A stretch of DNA of 64,000 nucleotides from Amphiscolops sp. MND2022. Lineage: Eukaryota. Location: contig OZ076409.1 in the NCBI GenBank assembly GCA_964187785.1, forward strand, positions 11,844,001-11,908,000, given 5' to 3'. Positions 51,561 to 64,000 of this stretch are shown here, piece after piece. The notes beneath the pieces were generated by a model. The model searched no databases, was not told where the DNA came from, and saw only the letters and a program-made list of their open reading frames with translations. Each line of letters opens with the position of its first letter. The stretch's first letter is position 1. Made by a program: the position numbers and the translations under genes.

Positions 51561-52714
51561 TCCAATGTTCTCTTTAACAGAGTCCACAAACATCCACAGT
51601 AACATCAAAATGAATGGGTAGCCCACCCAGGAGCGCCACTGTAATAAAATCCAAACTGGGCCTTAGAGAGAGTTTTTCTTCCAATTGGAAGCTTAGCAGA
51701 CAAAAAGGTTGTTTTAGTGAGTAAACCAATGCTCCTAACGTTACTGTCAATTTCTCTCTCGATTTGCTATATCGGCTTGCGTCTTCCAAAAACTTCGAAT
51801 GGTTAAATTATAAAGTTTTTTCTGTATCGCAAAAATAACTTTGGGTTATTCAAATCCGTCAAACTAACTAATGTTCATCAATCGAAGAAACAATCTCTGA
51901 TTTCGCCAACTACAATTTTATCACAAGTCCCGGACTTGTACGAATTCGATCTAGCTCCCAGAGATAACGACAACGTAATCTTCTAGAAGTGTCTCTTGTC
52001 TCCGCGAGACTCAACTTGCTTCCAGCTCTCTTACTCGGTTGTCGAGAAGCGCGATTGTTAATCCGAACAAGTATCTTGCCTCCGCGACATTCAACTTGAT
52101 CCCAGCTTTCTAACTCGGTTCTGTCTATTCAGGTATATTCCAATTCCGCCTCAAATATATTTGCTCATCGCCCGCATTTTTGTTATTCCGATATCACCCT
52201 TTAAGTTGTATGCTTTTGGCTTCATGTATACTTATCCCTTTTAAGGCATGCCAACGCCCTAGTTATATTTCGGCTAAACATTCTTAGCCGCCAACGACAA
52301 ACACTTCAACAATGTTTGTACAAAGTTCACACTTCAATAATAGTTCCGTGCTCAAGAGCGCAGTGCATCGCGCATTCTCTCGCTTGACCGAAATGCATAA
52401 ATTATCACGCAAACGGCGCTGATCTACATGTTTTATCGTTAGTTTCTCTATATGTTTTGGGATTGTATCTGTATTTTGACATTGAGATCCATCGGTGACC
52501 TTGAAGTTATTTCTCCTCATCCAAAGTTGCTACAAGCCAAGTCACACCGTGCTAGGGTCAATGGTTCCCGAGTTACATGATATGTGTATGGTTTGTTTGC
52601 TTAAGGCGGTTACCCCCGGCTTGGGTTAAAATCCGGTTCCATTCTTGTTTGTAATCGACTACATTCATCGTTCCGATTCGTATGAGATATTACAAGCCAA
52701 GGTCAAATGTCACT

Positions 52715-53220
52715 TGACAGTCGGGCCCGCGTGTCTGGTCCCGCGTGCAATAAACAAACATTACTCCGCGCGTGGTGGACCAAATAATGTACCTTTCATG
52801 TATATTACTTAGGGTTGGTAGGTGAACGTATTAGGCAAGTTTCGTGTTCTTCGGGTCAACTGGTGGCTATTTACATAACGTTCGGGGTTTGTTTACACAG
52901 GGTTCGTATTCCTCCTACACGTGTGCAATATGGTTCCGAAATTATTTGCAAACGGCCTAATATCCTAGGGGCTATCAAATCCATATATAACATGACTTAT
53001 TCCGTGCTTCGCCGACGAGTTCCTATGGGGGTCGACCTAGGTCACTTCCGGTGCTAATAGCCCGGGACTGGGGGTCTCGGCGCGGTTCCGTGTTCATAGA
53101 CGAGTAGCATAACAGCTTAGATACGCGTGTGCCAAATTTCAGCAGAATCAGTTCAGTAGTTCTCCGGGACGGAGTTGGTGGCCCAATTTGGAATGTTTCT
53201 CTCTCTCTGGCTTAATATAA
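52715..53220 (+). mobile_element. Possible non-autonomous Helitron/Helentron-associated (DINE-1/Lep1-like) element
   Basis: 5' GCCCGCG...CCCGCGTG and 3' GTGCCAAATTTCAGCAGAATCAGTTCAGTAGTT followed by (CT)n and AATATA resemble the conserved blocks of such elements. This is a recalled resemblance only. Confidence 0.35.
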
Positions 53221-54240
53221 AAACTTAGTAAGTTTTGTTCTCGGGGTGGTCGATTTTAACTTGGCTAATTCGTACTTGTTGAATTTCATTGCTAACATCA
53301 TTCACTAACTTGGTAATTTTGCCTCTGAAGTTTCGTTTACTATATAAACACCTAGTTTGCCAAATAAGTCCGATTGAAACACGCTATTGTCAGCCTTTTC
53401 AGCTGCATTCATTATTTCGACTCTCTAAAATCGTGATTAACATAGTTTTGTCTATCGTATGTACTTCGCGCAAAAGCAATGGATTTTTGTGGACGCCAAA
53501 AACTAAAATTTCCACACTTAATCGCAAAAGAAGATCTCGAATAAAATATTTTTGAGCCAAGATTCATGATAGTTTTTTTTGGAAATTTGATTCATGACAA
53601 ATTCATGATAATTTGATGTGGAATAGGTGTGAGCAAAATGCCCAGTGATACTGTAATTTTTCTCGAATCTTTTGCTGCTGGTGCGACTGTAGAAAAGAAT
53701 CAGACACCTTCCAGACTTATTTGTTGGTTTCAAAACGCGCGAGTTTTCAATTTTCATTTCAAGAAATGATTGTTGATTGTCTTGTTTTCGTCCTGGCATG
53801 ATCCACTTATATTTGAGACGAGATTGAAAGTCGAATGTAGCGCATTTTTATCGTTAGACTTGTTATGCGTAACAGAGAAAGAGGCATTGTTCATATTGAA
53901 AAGATACAAATACTCGACATTGGTCAAAGTAGAAACTCTCACAATTCCTAGCAAATTGTTTAATCATAAAGATATCACGTCAAAACTTCAGATTTGGCAC
54001 CTTTTTATAATTTTATACGTTATATTGGAAAACGTAGTGTTGAAAACAATTTTTAAAGCAATACCTACTAAGACACAAGAAACTTAGGACCCAAGAATTT
54101 TAAAAAATATGGATAAAACCTCAATAATTAGGACTTGGCACATTTTTCATCAGAGAAAGCAAACATTAGAAAAAAGCGTATATCAAAATTAGTTCGGAGA
54201 GCCTTTTGTGGAAAGTAAAAGTCGTACATTGCCAAAAAAC

Positions 54241-54705
54241 TAGAGGTTTGGCCCCGTTACTATTTTTTTCGGCGGCGGCGTGAGGTCAAAAATCGATCGG
54301 CGGCGGCGGCGTCGCCGGCGTGAAAGCAATAAGTCGATAACAAAAATTGTTCACGTACTGCGTCTGTGGGACATCTATTTTGCAAAAATTTGCTCCTTGA
54401 TCAAACTTTAGTAGTAAATACAAGTTGTTGAAAGTGAAATCACAAAACTCTAAAATTATTTGCAAAACTGATTCTGAAGTGTTTTCACAAATCTAATATC
54501 ATTTGATCAAGCGTTTTTGATTTCCTCCAGAATCACTCGGGCTTCGAGCTAATATATTTTTAGTCCAAATCATTTTTTACAATCAATAGTTCCATTCAAT
54601 CATTACACTATGGTATGTGTTCACGCCGGCGTACGCCCATATACATCGGCGTGAACGGCGCGGAGGTCAACAAAGTCGGTGGCGGCGTCGTGGCGCCCAC
54701 CTCTA
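54241..54705. mobile_element. 465-bp hAT-type MITE
   Basis: Termini TAGAGGT.. / ..ACCTCTA; 8-bp TSD CAAAAAAC / CAAAAAAA (7/8); subterminal CGGCG repeats at both ends around an AT-rich core. Confidence 0.75.
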
Positions 54706-56171
54706 CAAAAAAATAACTCAGAAATCTTCAGGTTGAAAACACAGTTTTACCTGAAAACTTAAAAAAAACACTGTTGAGCAAAAAACGAAAGTCGCACATT
54801 CAAAAAAACCTGTAAAGTACCGACTTTAAAAATATGTTTCCTGACTGAAAACATTAAAACAGCAAAGATTAGAGTTTTAGCGAGAATGATCTTTTTGTTG
54901 TTTCACAGTGCCAAAAAACAGCAGAGAACTTTTGGTGTTATCATTTTTTGAGTTTGCTGAAAATGGACATAAGTCAAACAAAGGTGGCACTCAGATTCTC
55001 TGGACGCATTTTACATCTTCGATCATCTGAAAAATTAGATCAAAACTCACTCTGAATAGTTGCCATGCTGAAAAAAAAACAAGGAAGAAATTTTTTGATT
55101 TCTTCCTTTGCAAGCATAGAAAACGCTTGGTGGAACCCACTCACTCTTCCCCATATCCAGCTGCGCTAGACACTCAGGGTACCCCTTGCACAGAGTAGAA
55201 AGTACTTTCCATGTTGGCTTGTAATTTCGGGCAGAAATTGTTGAGGGAAATTTTGAAAACCGCTCCTCAACTATGATTTTTCGTTTCTAAAAAATATATA
55301 TATCTAGATTGCGCATTACTGATTCAAAAATCCAAAAAAATGTTCTGAAAAAATTCTGCAGTGAAAGTTTGTTACAAAATGATATACACTAAGCACAATC
55401 CAGATTTCGAATGTGAAATTCCCAAAAAATCTGTTTCACAAAAAGTTCCTGTTGCTGCTGCTGTTTTTCCAGCATTGGAGAAAATCATTGATTAGTGTGA
55501 TGCTCAGTAGCGCAAGTCCGATTGTTTTTTTTTCGATTTTTTAATAATAAGCGCGAGAGACTTGTTTGACTATTTTTGGTCTCAGACGGTAGCGTAAAGA
55601 CCTTTATAACGGTATTGTTCTAGGAACCCACAGACACTTCCTATATATTACAGCAAATACGGGCTGAACCTTCGCCGATTTGCTCAATTTACTGAGGAGA
55701 TCCCCGTTTTCTTTTATCGAAAGCAAAATAAGCGCAAACGTTTGCATCCTTTTCGCGAATTCGGTGCCACGCGTAATGCTCGAAAACTGCAAAACATTCT
55801 TACTTAATCTTTGTTGATGCTGGAAAACCTAAACAGAGAATCTGGAGATCATTCAAGTTATAGAGAAGAGAAGAGAAGTTAATTTCCCCATTACCGCGGG
55901 GTGGACGCCGAATAAGCAGTTCTGCTTTTCTAAGTCGGCGCCCTTTCGGATACTATCTCCCCATAGCAAGCTATGGTACCATATTTGCAGCCAAGTGGTC
56001 AAGTAATGGTGGACTTGAAGCTGTGGTTTCAAAGTAACTTGCTCAAGGTCACAAAAGTCTGACTGCTCACCGTTGTTCCTTTTTTTCGATTTTGCATTTT
56101 TCCGGCAAATAAGAGTTTTTTTGTTACATACCACTAAGCTAGGGATAAAGGTCTTGCTTAAGACCCAACAA

Positions 56172-56248
56172 TGGTGAGTTGAGAGAGATTCGAACCTGAA
56201 ACCAACCCACTACAGACCGAATGCTCTAACCACTACGCCATACTCCCC
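56172..56248 (-). repeat. tRNA-derived SINE-like / tRNA pseudogene
   Basis: TGGCGTAGTGGTTAGAGC (A box), GGTTCGAATC (B box) and an ACCA end; stems are broken. Confidence 0.5.
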
Positions 56249-56623
56249 AGGAAGTACAGACAGACATGTTTAACAGGAAAGAAGTACAGATGCGGCTGAC
56301 TCGATCAGAGAAATAGGAGGCAAGCAACTCTCGCGAGAAGAGTTCGCGGACAAACTGAAATCACATTGTCTCAGCTGTGACGTCAGAATAATAGACGCTG
56401 CTGGAATGACGTATGTGGACGTGGGACCACGTGATGACATCGACAGACACATTCATCACATCTTCATTACCAAGAACCCCAGATACCACATGGGACTAGT
56501 GTTGGTAGCTTTGTCATTGCTATATTCAGGAAACGACAAGTTTGATGGCATTTTAAACAAATTTTTGGTCTTCTTTGCGCAATTTTTAGTGTTTTTACGT
56601 CATTCATAGCCTGTATGTATCTC

Positions 56624-56684
56624 GAGATTCGATTGTAGAGAATGTAGAGATTCGATTGTAGAGAATGTAGAGATTCGAGTGTAG
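56624..56684. repeat. 23-bp minisatellite, ~2.6 copies
   Basis: GAGATTCGATTGTAGAGAATGTA repeated. Confidence 0.8.
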
Positions 56685-57546
56685 CGATCCAATCGGCCAT
56701 TTCTAACATTTGCTCATCCTTGGTTCTACTTCAACCGAATTGTGAAACTGGCTGGAATGCTTGTATATTCGGACTCATAGCATCTTGCCTCGTTTTGAAA
56801 ACTAGTCGCAACTATTATAGTTTTGCACAAGATAATCTGCAAAGATGAGATTTTCAGTTTCTTATCATTACCTTGAAACACAACTGTAAACGTTGGAAAA
56901 CAAGCTGTCTGGGTCAATGAAACTAAATTTGTTACCATTGGCCTTCAGAGATAACCAGAGTCAAAACAAGAACGGCATGAGTCAGCCCTCCGCTCAAGAG
57001 AAAGCATAAAGTATTTCGAAACGTTTACAGCATCTCAGTGCCGAGAAAAGCTGAGATGAGGACCCTTTGGGTGGAAACGAATTTTTTTCTAACTGAAACT
57101 ATTTTAAAAACCAAAATGACACTCCTTTTGGGAATTTGAAACAATGAAAAAGATCGCATAATGCCGAAAAACCAAGCACTTTTGATAAGTATCCTTCTCT
57201 TGGATACTTTTTTGTTTTGAATTGGCACTTAAGTTTTGTGAATTGCTTGTTGTATTTTCAAGATATTCAATTATATCATGTCACATTCCCCCCTCTGGGA
57301 AGATTTGATGATGTAGGGTATTCAGTAGTAAAAGCTCCGTATATTACAGTTGACACCGTGTTTGTTGATAATGTGTCTTGTTTTCCTGTAATAAATCATG
57401 GTTAGGTTTTGTTTTGACTTTCCTTGACTTTCGTATTGATACAATCAGTGCAGTTGGTGTTTGACCGTAATTTATCCCTGTTTCGGGGGAAAGATTGGTT
57501 TCCTTTGGATGGAAATGTGGTTCATCCTCGCGTTGGTGTGGAGTGC

Positions 57547-58310
57547 TGTCGCAGGCTGCCGCCTGTGATGGCAGTCTGATAACCACTACAACCAGCGGAC
57601 AAGAAGTGGCTTCAGGAACGCTACCAACTTTTTAGAAGTAAACTTCTAGTCCATAGAAACTTTTTCCATTTTATAACCCTGTTCAATCATTTATTTTCCT
57701 ATACATATTCAGGATATTAGTCTGTAAACTGTTGCTCGAAAGCGCTGGTTTAGTTTTGTAGGCAATGTAAATTAAAGTGTGTTAGAATACAAGCAGTCAA
57801 AGTAATGTACGTAACAAAGGAAACGAGTTCAAATGCTAAAACGTCCCGTTCCGGTGACGTTGCTCGCTCTAGCATTATTGGCCAATCATAGTGCAGTATA
57901 GATAGTATTGATTCTCAGCAGTACATTAATTGGACGGATATGGCCGTTTCACTATAATGCGCTTTTCTCATACTAGACTTTAGGCAAATGGCCTGTTCAG
58001 GCCATTCAGCTAATTATTGTTTGTCATGTTATGAATGAAGTATATTTTAATAGTTCGAAGTCATGCATCTCTATATTTATATTTGAGGACACTAATAAGC
58101 CTCTTGGGATTAATTAGTGTAATAACAAGGACTAGCTGCAATAATCCAAATACCCGTCACCAGTCCTATTCTGGCCTCTGCTACTGGCCAGCACCCATGT
58201 CCAATAGCAGTACCGGGCGCATTGCTATACTCCTTTATATTGCATGAAACTGTGCCGTTGTTTTGTTGGTTCCACATAAGTGTGTATGTGTTGCCTGTGG
58301 CAAGTGTTGA
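57547..58310 (+). repeat. 3'-truncated LTR of the element 1/3 family
   Basis: Starts TGTCGCAGGCTGCCGCCTGTGATGG, identical to 1487, and shares blocks with both the element 1 and element 3 LTRs. The right end is approximate. Confidence 0.85.
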
Positions 58311-59763
58311 CTGTTTGCATTACAAGACTCTAAAAATTCTCCAGAGCGTAAGAAGATTTGTCTCTGGGTTTTTTTTCCAGAAACCAAAGATTTTTCGTTC
58401 TCATAATTTGTGAGCTAATGTTCATGAAGAAGTTCATATTTGGAGGCAGGAGTGAGTTCAAAAGCCGAGATACGGCCCTTTTCCGGCTTTAATTTTCAAT
58501 TTTGAGCCAAGTTCATCTTTAGCGATGATTTCAGCCATTCCCAGTTTAGTATTAGCTTGATTGGACACGGTATATCTTTTACACTCGTTCCACGACAAAA
58601 TTTGTTGAATGTGCTGAAAGATCTGATATCTTACGACTGTCGTGATTTTGATTTTTGTGAATGTTGATGATTTAATCAGCATTCTGTGCCCAAAATATAT
58701 TGGATGCATTCTAGGCAACGTAGACTTCAACGAAACAACAGAGTTTTGGATCCCATTGACCTCTGTTACCAGATGCGAGAGGTCTTCGAAAATGTCGGTG
58801 AGTGAAACTATCTTTCCTAATTTTGTTTTATCCCTTTATTCTTGAATTCTTGATAGCTGTTGCTATTATTAGTGCCAAACACAACCCTGATTACACGTAT
58901 TGGACCATGTTTCTTAGTTCACCACCATACCTCCCCATGTACACCTTGTTTCCAGTTTTCCCCCAACACGAAAGCACGTTTTATTCTTGAAGAAAAAAAT
59001 TTCACCAATAAGAAAATATTATATGAATGTAAATTTTTGGACGATTGTCTTTCCAGCTCTTTTGAAACTTCCAGCAAAAAATTAACTGTTATTTTTTGAT
59101 ATTAATTCACGCCTGGAAAAAGCTGAAATCGCATAGCAAGGCCCCTATTCTAACCCAAATTTTCTGCGCCATAAATTTAAGATTTAAGATTTACGTTTGT
59201 GATAAGAAACAAAGTTCAAATGCATTATGTCGACATCAATTATTTTCTTGGACAAAATTTCAACGCTAACGATGCCGACGTAATGCATTTGAACCTTGTT
59301 TCTTATCCCCCCACAGCTGTTTGGGAGTGGGGAAATGAGAAACATGATCCCACGTTTTTGTTGATCGCTCTGATATTTTACCCTTCGTTAATTGTTGTTT
59401 CAGAAGAAAGCAAAACTACATTTTTGCTCAAAATTGAAGAATTCACGTCATCGAAAGAGACGGCTTTTCTGAAACTGCGTCACTCAATTTGGACTGAGAT
59501 TACTGAGCACTTTGAAGACATCCGGTTGAAACTGAAAAGCAGATCGGACATCGACTTCCAATATTACATCAGCAATTTGGCTCTGACCAGTACGGAAGAG
59601 ACTCGACTGGTGTGTGGGGAGCTTTTCAGAAGACTTGGATACCACTTTCCACTCTGAAAAACTAACTGATCAATTACATCCAGGGTTTTGACATCGCTAA
59701 TTTTCCGCTAATTGCTTAACCGCTTATATTAAAATCACTATGTCGCTAAAAAAATTCTCCAAA

Positions 59764-60453
59764 CTATTGAATGTTTCGATTTAAGTATCTTTCAAAATTG
59801 AACGATAACCGGATCTCTTTCAAATTCTCCCCCTTTTGACTCGTTCCACTATGTCCCTTGTCGTAAGCACGCGCGTTTGTGGATGTAGTTGGACCGTCTT
59901 TCTGACAGTCCATAAATGGCTTACTTCTCGAGTTATCTCTGGAATCTGAGTTTCGCAGAACTTCGGAATATCCTTCCGGTCTCTCGGCCGGAACGTTCCA
60001 TCTTTCTCTGGTCAAATGTCCCGATCCGGCCACAATGGCATTTTGAATCTGGGGTAAAACCTGATTGCTAATTGCATCATTTATGGCTCTCTGTATCTGA
60101 ACACTGACACTATTCATCATCTCGTCCATCTCTCTAGATATTCGGGAATTCAATTCACTCGACAGTCTATTTATCTCAGCACTAGAATTACCTCCAGCAG
60201 AGTTTTGGCCGTAATCGGCATTTGGACTAAGTCCGTCATTTCTTGAATTTAAGTACCTGTTTTCATCATTATTTTCAAATTGATCACCAAAAGTACTTTC
60301 AGGTCTTCTGGTTTGATTACTACTGAGGCTTTCATCTCTCTCATTTCTACTGAAATGGTTTTCTCCGAGCATCATATCTACATTTTCAATGTCCGAAATT
60401 ATCTCAACTCCTCTAGATTTTCTGGTTTTCTTCTGCTTTCTTGTTGTAGGCAT
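59764..60453 (-). CDS. LTR-borne Gag N-terminus (198 codons) reading out into flanking DNA
   Basis: MPTTRKQKKTRKSRG...SELNSRISREMDEMMNSVS..IQRAINDAI..QVLPQIQN is homologous to 2858-3425. Confidence 0.8.
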   Translation of the reverse strand: MPTTRKQKKTRKSRGVEIISDIENVDMMLGENHFSRNERDESLSSNQTRRPESTFGDQFENNDENRYLNSRNDGLSPNADYGQNSAGGNSSAEINRLSSELNSRISREMDEMMNSVSVQIQRAINDAISNQVLPQIQNAIVAGSGHLTRERWNVPAERPEGYSEVLRNSDSRDNSRSKPFMDCQKDGPTTSTNARAYDKGHSGTSQKGENLKEIRLSFNFERYLNRNIQ

Positions 60454-62038
60454 TAGAAAGAAAGTCCGAGGTAAAACAGTGAATTAGGTTTTATTCGGAA
60501 AATAGGATTTTGTACGTTGTATCGTAAACAGGTATATCAAACTAAACTTGGAGAAGCAAAATACAATTGTGTCCCTCTCGGAAAAATACCAATATATATA
60601 CCCCTGAGAGGGTGACACTCACATTCCTTTTTAACAATCTATTTACAAATTCCATAAAGGGCACATGACCATGGCGGGTGACCACTAACATTCATTCATT
60701 TTTAGCGGCGTCAACTGCATCAAAGCACTTAGGAATTTGTCCCGTTAGGGCCAAAGGGAATTCATACCTAATTCATTCGCAGCAAAATCATTTAAAGTTT
60801 ACATAAAATATGGAATGCACTCAAATGCATTTTCTAACTGCAAATACTATCATCAAAGGGGAGCGGAGGAATTTAGCCTTATTATAATAGGCAAACAACA
60901 CTTTGACCAAACATCAAAACTAATACTTTCAAATTGTTTACAGTGAGAGGAATGTAAACTATTTAGCGGCACGTGCCTACACACGTGCGTAGAATCAACA
61001 AAACAAAGACACAGTTTCATGCAATAGAAATGAACATAATATAGCAATATGGCCTAATACGGCCATTGGACTTGGGAGCTGGCCAATAGTGAAGGCCGGA
61101 ATAGGACAGGTGACGGGTATTCGGATTGCTACTACTGGTCGTTATTATTGCACTAATTGGATTTAAAAAGCTCATTAACATCTTCAAGTATATAAATATA
61201 ATCTTACATGACTGTAAAACAAACTCATTCATGCTTAAAAGCATCTCTAATAATAATAAGCAAAATGGCCTAAACCGGCCATTTGCCTTTTGTCCTGCAT
61301 TACCAATCTAATATAACGTCAAGTGGCCATATACGGCCAATCAATTAAAAATGTGTACAGCGCTTTACACAATCTGGCCTGAATAGGCTAATTGCCTCGT
61401 ATTAAGTAAACATTATTAAAATACTGGTCAAACGGCCTTAACCGTCTGAAAAAGCCAAGTCTGTGGTGTAGTTAGTTAATACTGCACTAGAGGGGTTATT
61501 CAGCCTAAGAGTACAAGCACATGAATCCTGGTTAATAATTAGCATCACAATTGCGCTTTTGTGAAATGGCCGGAACCGGCCGTCTGACTGGATATTTATT
61601 AAAAGTAGCGAAGTTATGTCCACAGGCCTTATTCGGCCATTAATGAATGGAAATATTAACTGCGTAGCAAATGGAGTAATTTGATTGGACAAGGCCGCGT
61701 GCTCAAGTGACGTATCTGGTACGGGATTTTATCAATAGCAACTATAATTAAAACAATTACCAATACCTCTTCTAACACTTTTAATCATGGCATCTGACGT
61801 ATTAAGACAGCTTCAAGTACTTTCCAAGAAAATACACAGCACTACTGATTAAATAGCACAGATTACTTGATAAAAGCTAAATAGGCCGGAACCGGCCATT
61901 GGACCAGCGTCCGCGAGCATAGTGGTTAGATTAAGGCAAGCGGCCATAACCGGCCAAATATTGTATTGCTGAGAGATAATACTAATACTAGCTATACTGC
62001 ACTGTGATTGGTTAATTTGCAGGAGGCAGCCTGTGACA
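59859..62038 (-). repeat. 3' LTR of element 3 (2180 bp)
   Basis: TGTCACAGGCTGCC start and TTACGACA end on the minus strand; contains a gag N-terminus homologue. Confidence 0.9.
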
Positions 62039-63054
62039 CTGCGGGTGGAATAAATAAAAACGACCCTGCATTAAGTCCATTCAATTAAGCTTCCTTCATA
62101 ATTGCTGTCACGTAGGCCGGCTCACCTCTTGGTGTTGATCTCCTTATCACTCCCGTCATCAGAATAGGTGTGAACAATGCTCAAGTTGTTAATATCAAAT
62201 ACACTCGTCTCAAGTGGGTAATTAACGAGTCGCTTGGAGGCAATTAACGGCACGCACCAAAGGTTTCTCTTAAAATGGTTTTAGCCAATCAAAATTGACT
62301 TTCGATAAAATGGAAATTGGATAGTAAAATGGTGAAAATAATAACTAAAATAATCCAGAATGCGGAAATTCTAACTAAATGGTAATAAGGGCAACGGAAC
62401 AAAACGGCAAAACGGAACAAGGTAAATGGCCATAATCGGCTTCTAACTAACTAATTTGTAAATAATGAGCAATCTTCTGTACATTTCGCTGGCAGACTCC
62501 ATGCACAGTTTTAAATTCGTAAATAGCCATAAAATATTAACCCGGTAATCTCTTCAGCCACGAACTCGAACTTTCAATCTCTAGGATTGTCATTTATTCC
62601 CATTTAGTTCCAATTCCATTACGATTTGTATTCTTTTAATTTTGAATTCTTTCGGCATCCCTATCTATGTACTGCATTGTTATGTACGTCCATTTGGGTT
62701 CCAACACAGTTGCCGACTACATCTTCCTCGGAGTATTCCGGGGCATCATCCCCTTTTCAGCCGAGCTCGGCCACTTTCCCTAACTTCACCAGCCGAATGA
62801 GGACGGTTACCCAGAAGGAGTTTCCATCACTGCAGGATGTCTTCAAACACAAGTTGATCTGGATTTTTATTTTGAACTAATTTAACTTGATCAGGGTTAA
62901 AATTTGTTCACAAAATGCTTCCTGCTTCCATCACTAAACACGTGATAACACGTTTCATTCAAATTTTTAGAACACTTTCGAAAGGTTTCTGACGCGGCAA
63001 AATGGATTTCTTTCAAGGAAGCTAACCGCCAAATTTCATCTCTTTCTGTTTATA

Positions 63055-63270
63055 GAATCAGAACAAAGAGACTACTCGAACACCAGATCCCAATTCACCC
63101 GTGGGTACAGGTTATGCTGTTGTGTTTTCACCGCCCCTGTTTCCTCCTCTTAGAGTAGAGAGGTCCCCAAGTAGTACTGACAGTGTTGATATTACAGCTT
63201 ACGCTGACGAAAAGGTCAGACTCCATGCAGAGGCTCAATTGCTAGAAGGGTCACAGGTCGCTGAATCATT
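63055..63270 (+). pseudogene. Remnant of exon 2 of the antisense accessory gene in element 3
   Basis: FPPLRVERSPSSTDSVDITAYADEKV matches FPPTRPPRSPGSPDSNVDVTAYADEKV. It is preceded by a CTAAC branch site and pyrimidine tract ending TATAG. Confidence 0.8.
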
Positions 63271-63432
63271 CATGGCGACCAAGAGACAAAGGACGAAGAA
63301 GGAAGAAGGGTAGATGCAGTAGGAGGAGAAGTAGAAGGAGAGGTAGAAGCAGAGGGAGGAAGGACTTTAAAAATGAAAAGGAAAAGAAGAAAAGAGAGCA
63401 GTGTTCCTTCTTGGACGCTTATTAATCTTTTC

Positions 63433-64000
63433 CTAGTATCTGAAGTCTTCTGAGTAGTTTGGATTAGGATTAGGTCTCAAATTATATCTTCCACCTCTAG
63501 GACTCAGACTTTCATTCCCTTCATCATTCTGCGATATTTCGGGCACGATAATATCATCCCCCCTTTTTGGAGATTTTTGTGCATCGCTTTCATTAGCAGA
63601 ATTTCGTTCTGAAACATTTGCATTGTTTTCTTGTCTTTCGGACAGATCCGGCAAAGATTTTTCTGGATTTTTGTGGTAAACGGCCGAATCCGGCCAATCA
63701 GAGTTTTCATTTCTAGTAGCTTCACTATCTCCATTTGCATTGCTGACGTCACTTTTCAGTCGTTTATCTCGACTGTGCTCTGTATCGTTGACGTCATTCG
63801 GACAATCAGTCGTGATTATGTAATCCGCTTCATTCTCGCTTGCGTTATCTGCGTTCGCTTTTGCCGTACTCGGTCTTTCTTCATTCGGCAAGCTAGCAGG
63901 AATAGGCTCGTTGCCTCGTGTAGCTAGCTGTTCACCAAAGTTTGTTTCCCACGTAACTGTGTACAAATCGTCCTGCGGAATGACAATTTCTTCGTCCGGC
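63433..64000 (-). CDS. pol: C-terminal tail of Pol (post-integrase) of element 3
   Basis: Open frame homologous to ~9220-9787 of element 1. Confidence 0.9.
   Translation of the reverse strand, partial: PDEEIVIPQDDLYTVTWETNFGEQLATRGNEPIPASLPNEERPSTAKANADNASENEADYIITTDCPNDVNDTEHSRDKRLKSDVSNANGDSEATRNENSDWPDSAVYHKNPEKSLPDLSERQENNANVSERNSANESDAQKSPKRGDDIIVPEISQNDEGNESLSPRGGRYNLRPNPNPNYSEDFRY

Larger units (their letters stand above)
59859..64000 (-). mobile_element. Deletion derivative of the element 1 family (element 3): pol tail, remnants of both accessory genes and the 3' LTR; continues beyond the window
   Basis: Pol C-terminus ...YNLRPNPNPNYSEDFRY* is identical to element 1, and the intergenic block and accessory-gene fragments are collinear. 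Confidence 0.92.

Noticed and set aside
59199..59657. 152-aa ORF as a gene
   Set aside because: No recognisable motif, splice context or homologue within the window.

Overview
Repeat-rich, AT-rich eukaryotic (animal-like) DNA with no prokaryotic operons or CRISPR arrays. It is dominated by related Ty3/Gypsy LTR retrotransposons: a near-complete 16.4-kb element (1487-17883, +), a 3'-truncated divergent relative (18760-~25550, +), a truncated LTR (57547-~58310, +) and a deletion derivative running off the window end (59859->64000, -). Their architecture is unusual. (i) gag starts inside the ~1.9-2.2 kb LTR (189 codons in element 1) and reads through the LTR end and PBS. (ii) Between pol and the 3' LTR lies an antisense, four-intron gene that splices into one uninterrupted 1277-codon ORF with a BED-type zinc finger and what looks like a catalytically altered hAT-transposase body. 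(iii) A divergently transcribed sense ORF runs into the 3' LTR where a polypurine tract should be. (iv) The LTRs carry arrays of a GGCC-N6-GGCC dyad. The rest of the window holds one Kelch-repeat host exon, a Penelope-like RT relic, two hAT-type MITEs with 8-bp TSDs, a ~1355-bp tandem array next to an assembly gap, tRNA-derived SINE-like heads and degraded repeats. All domain calls come from motif recognition by eye; no database searches were run.
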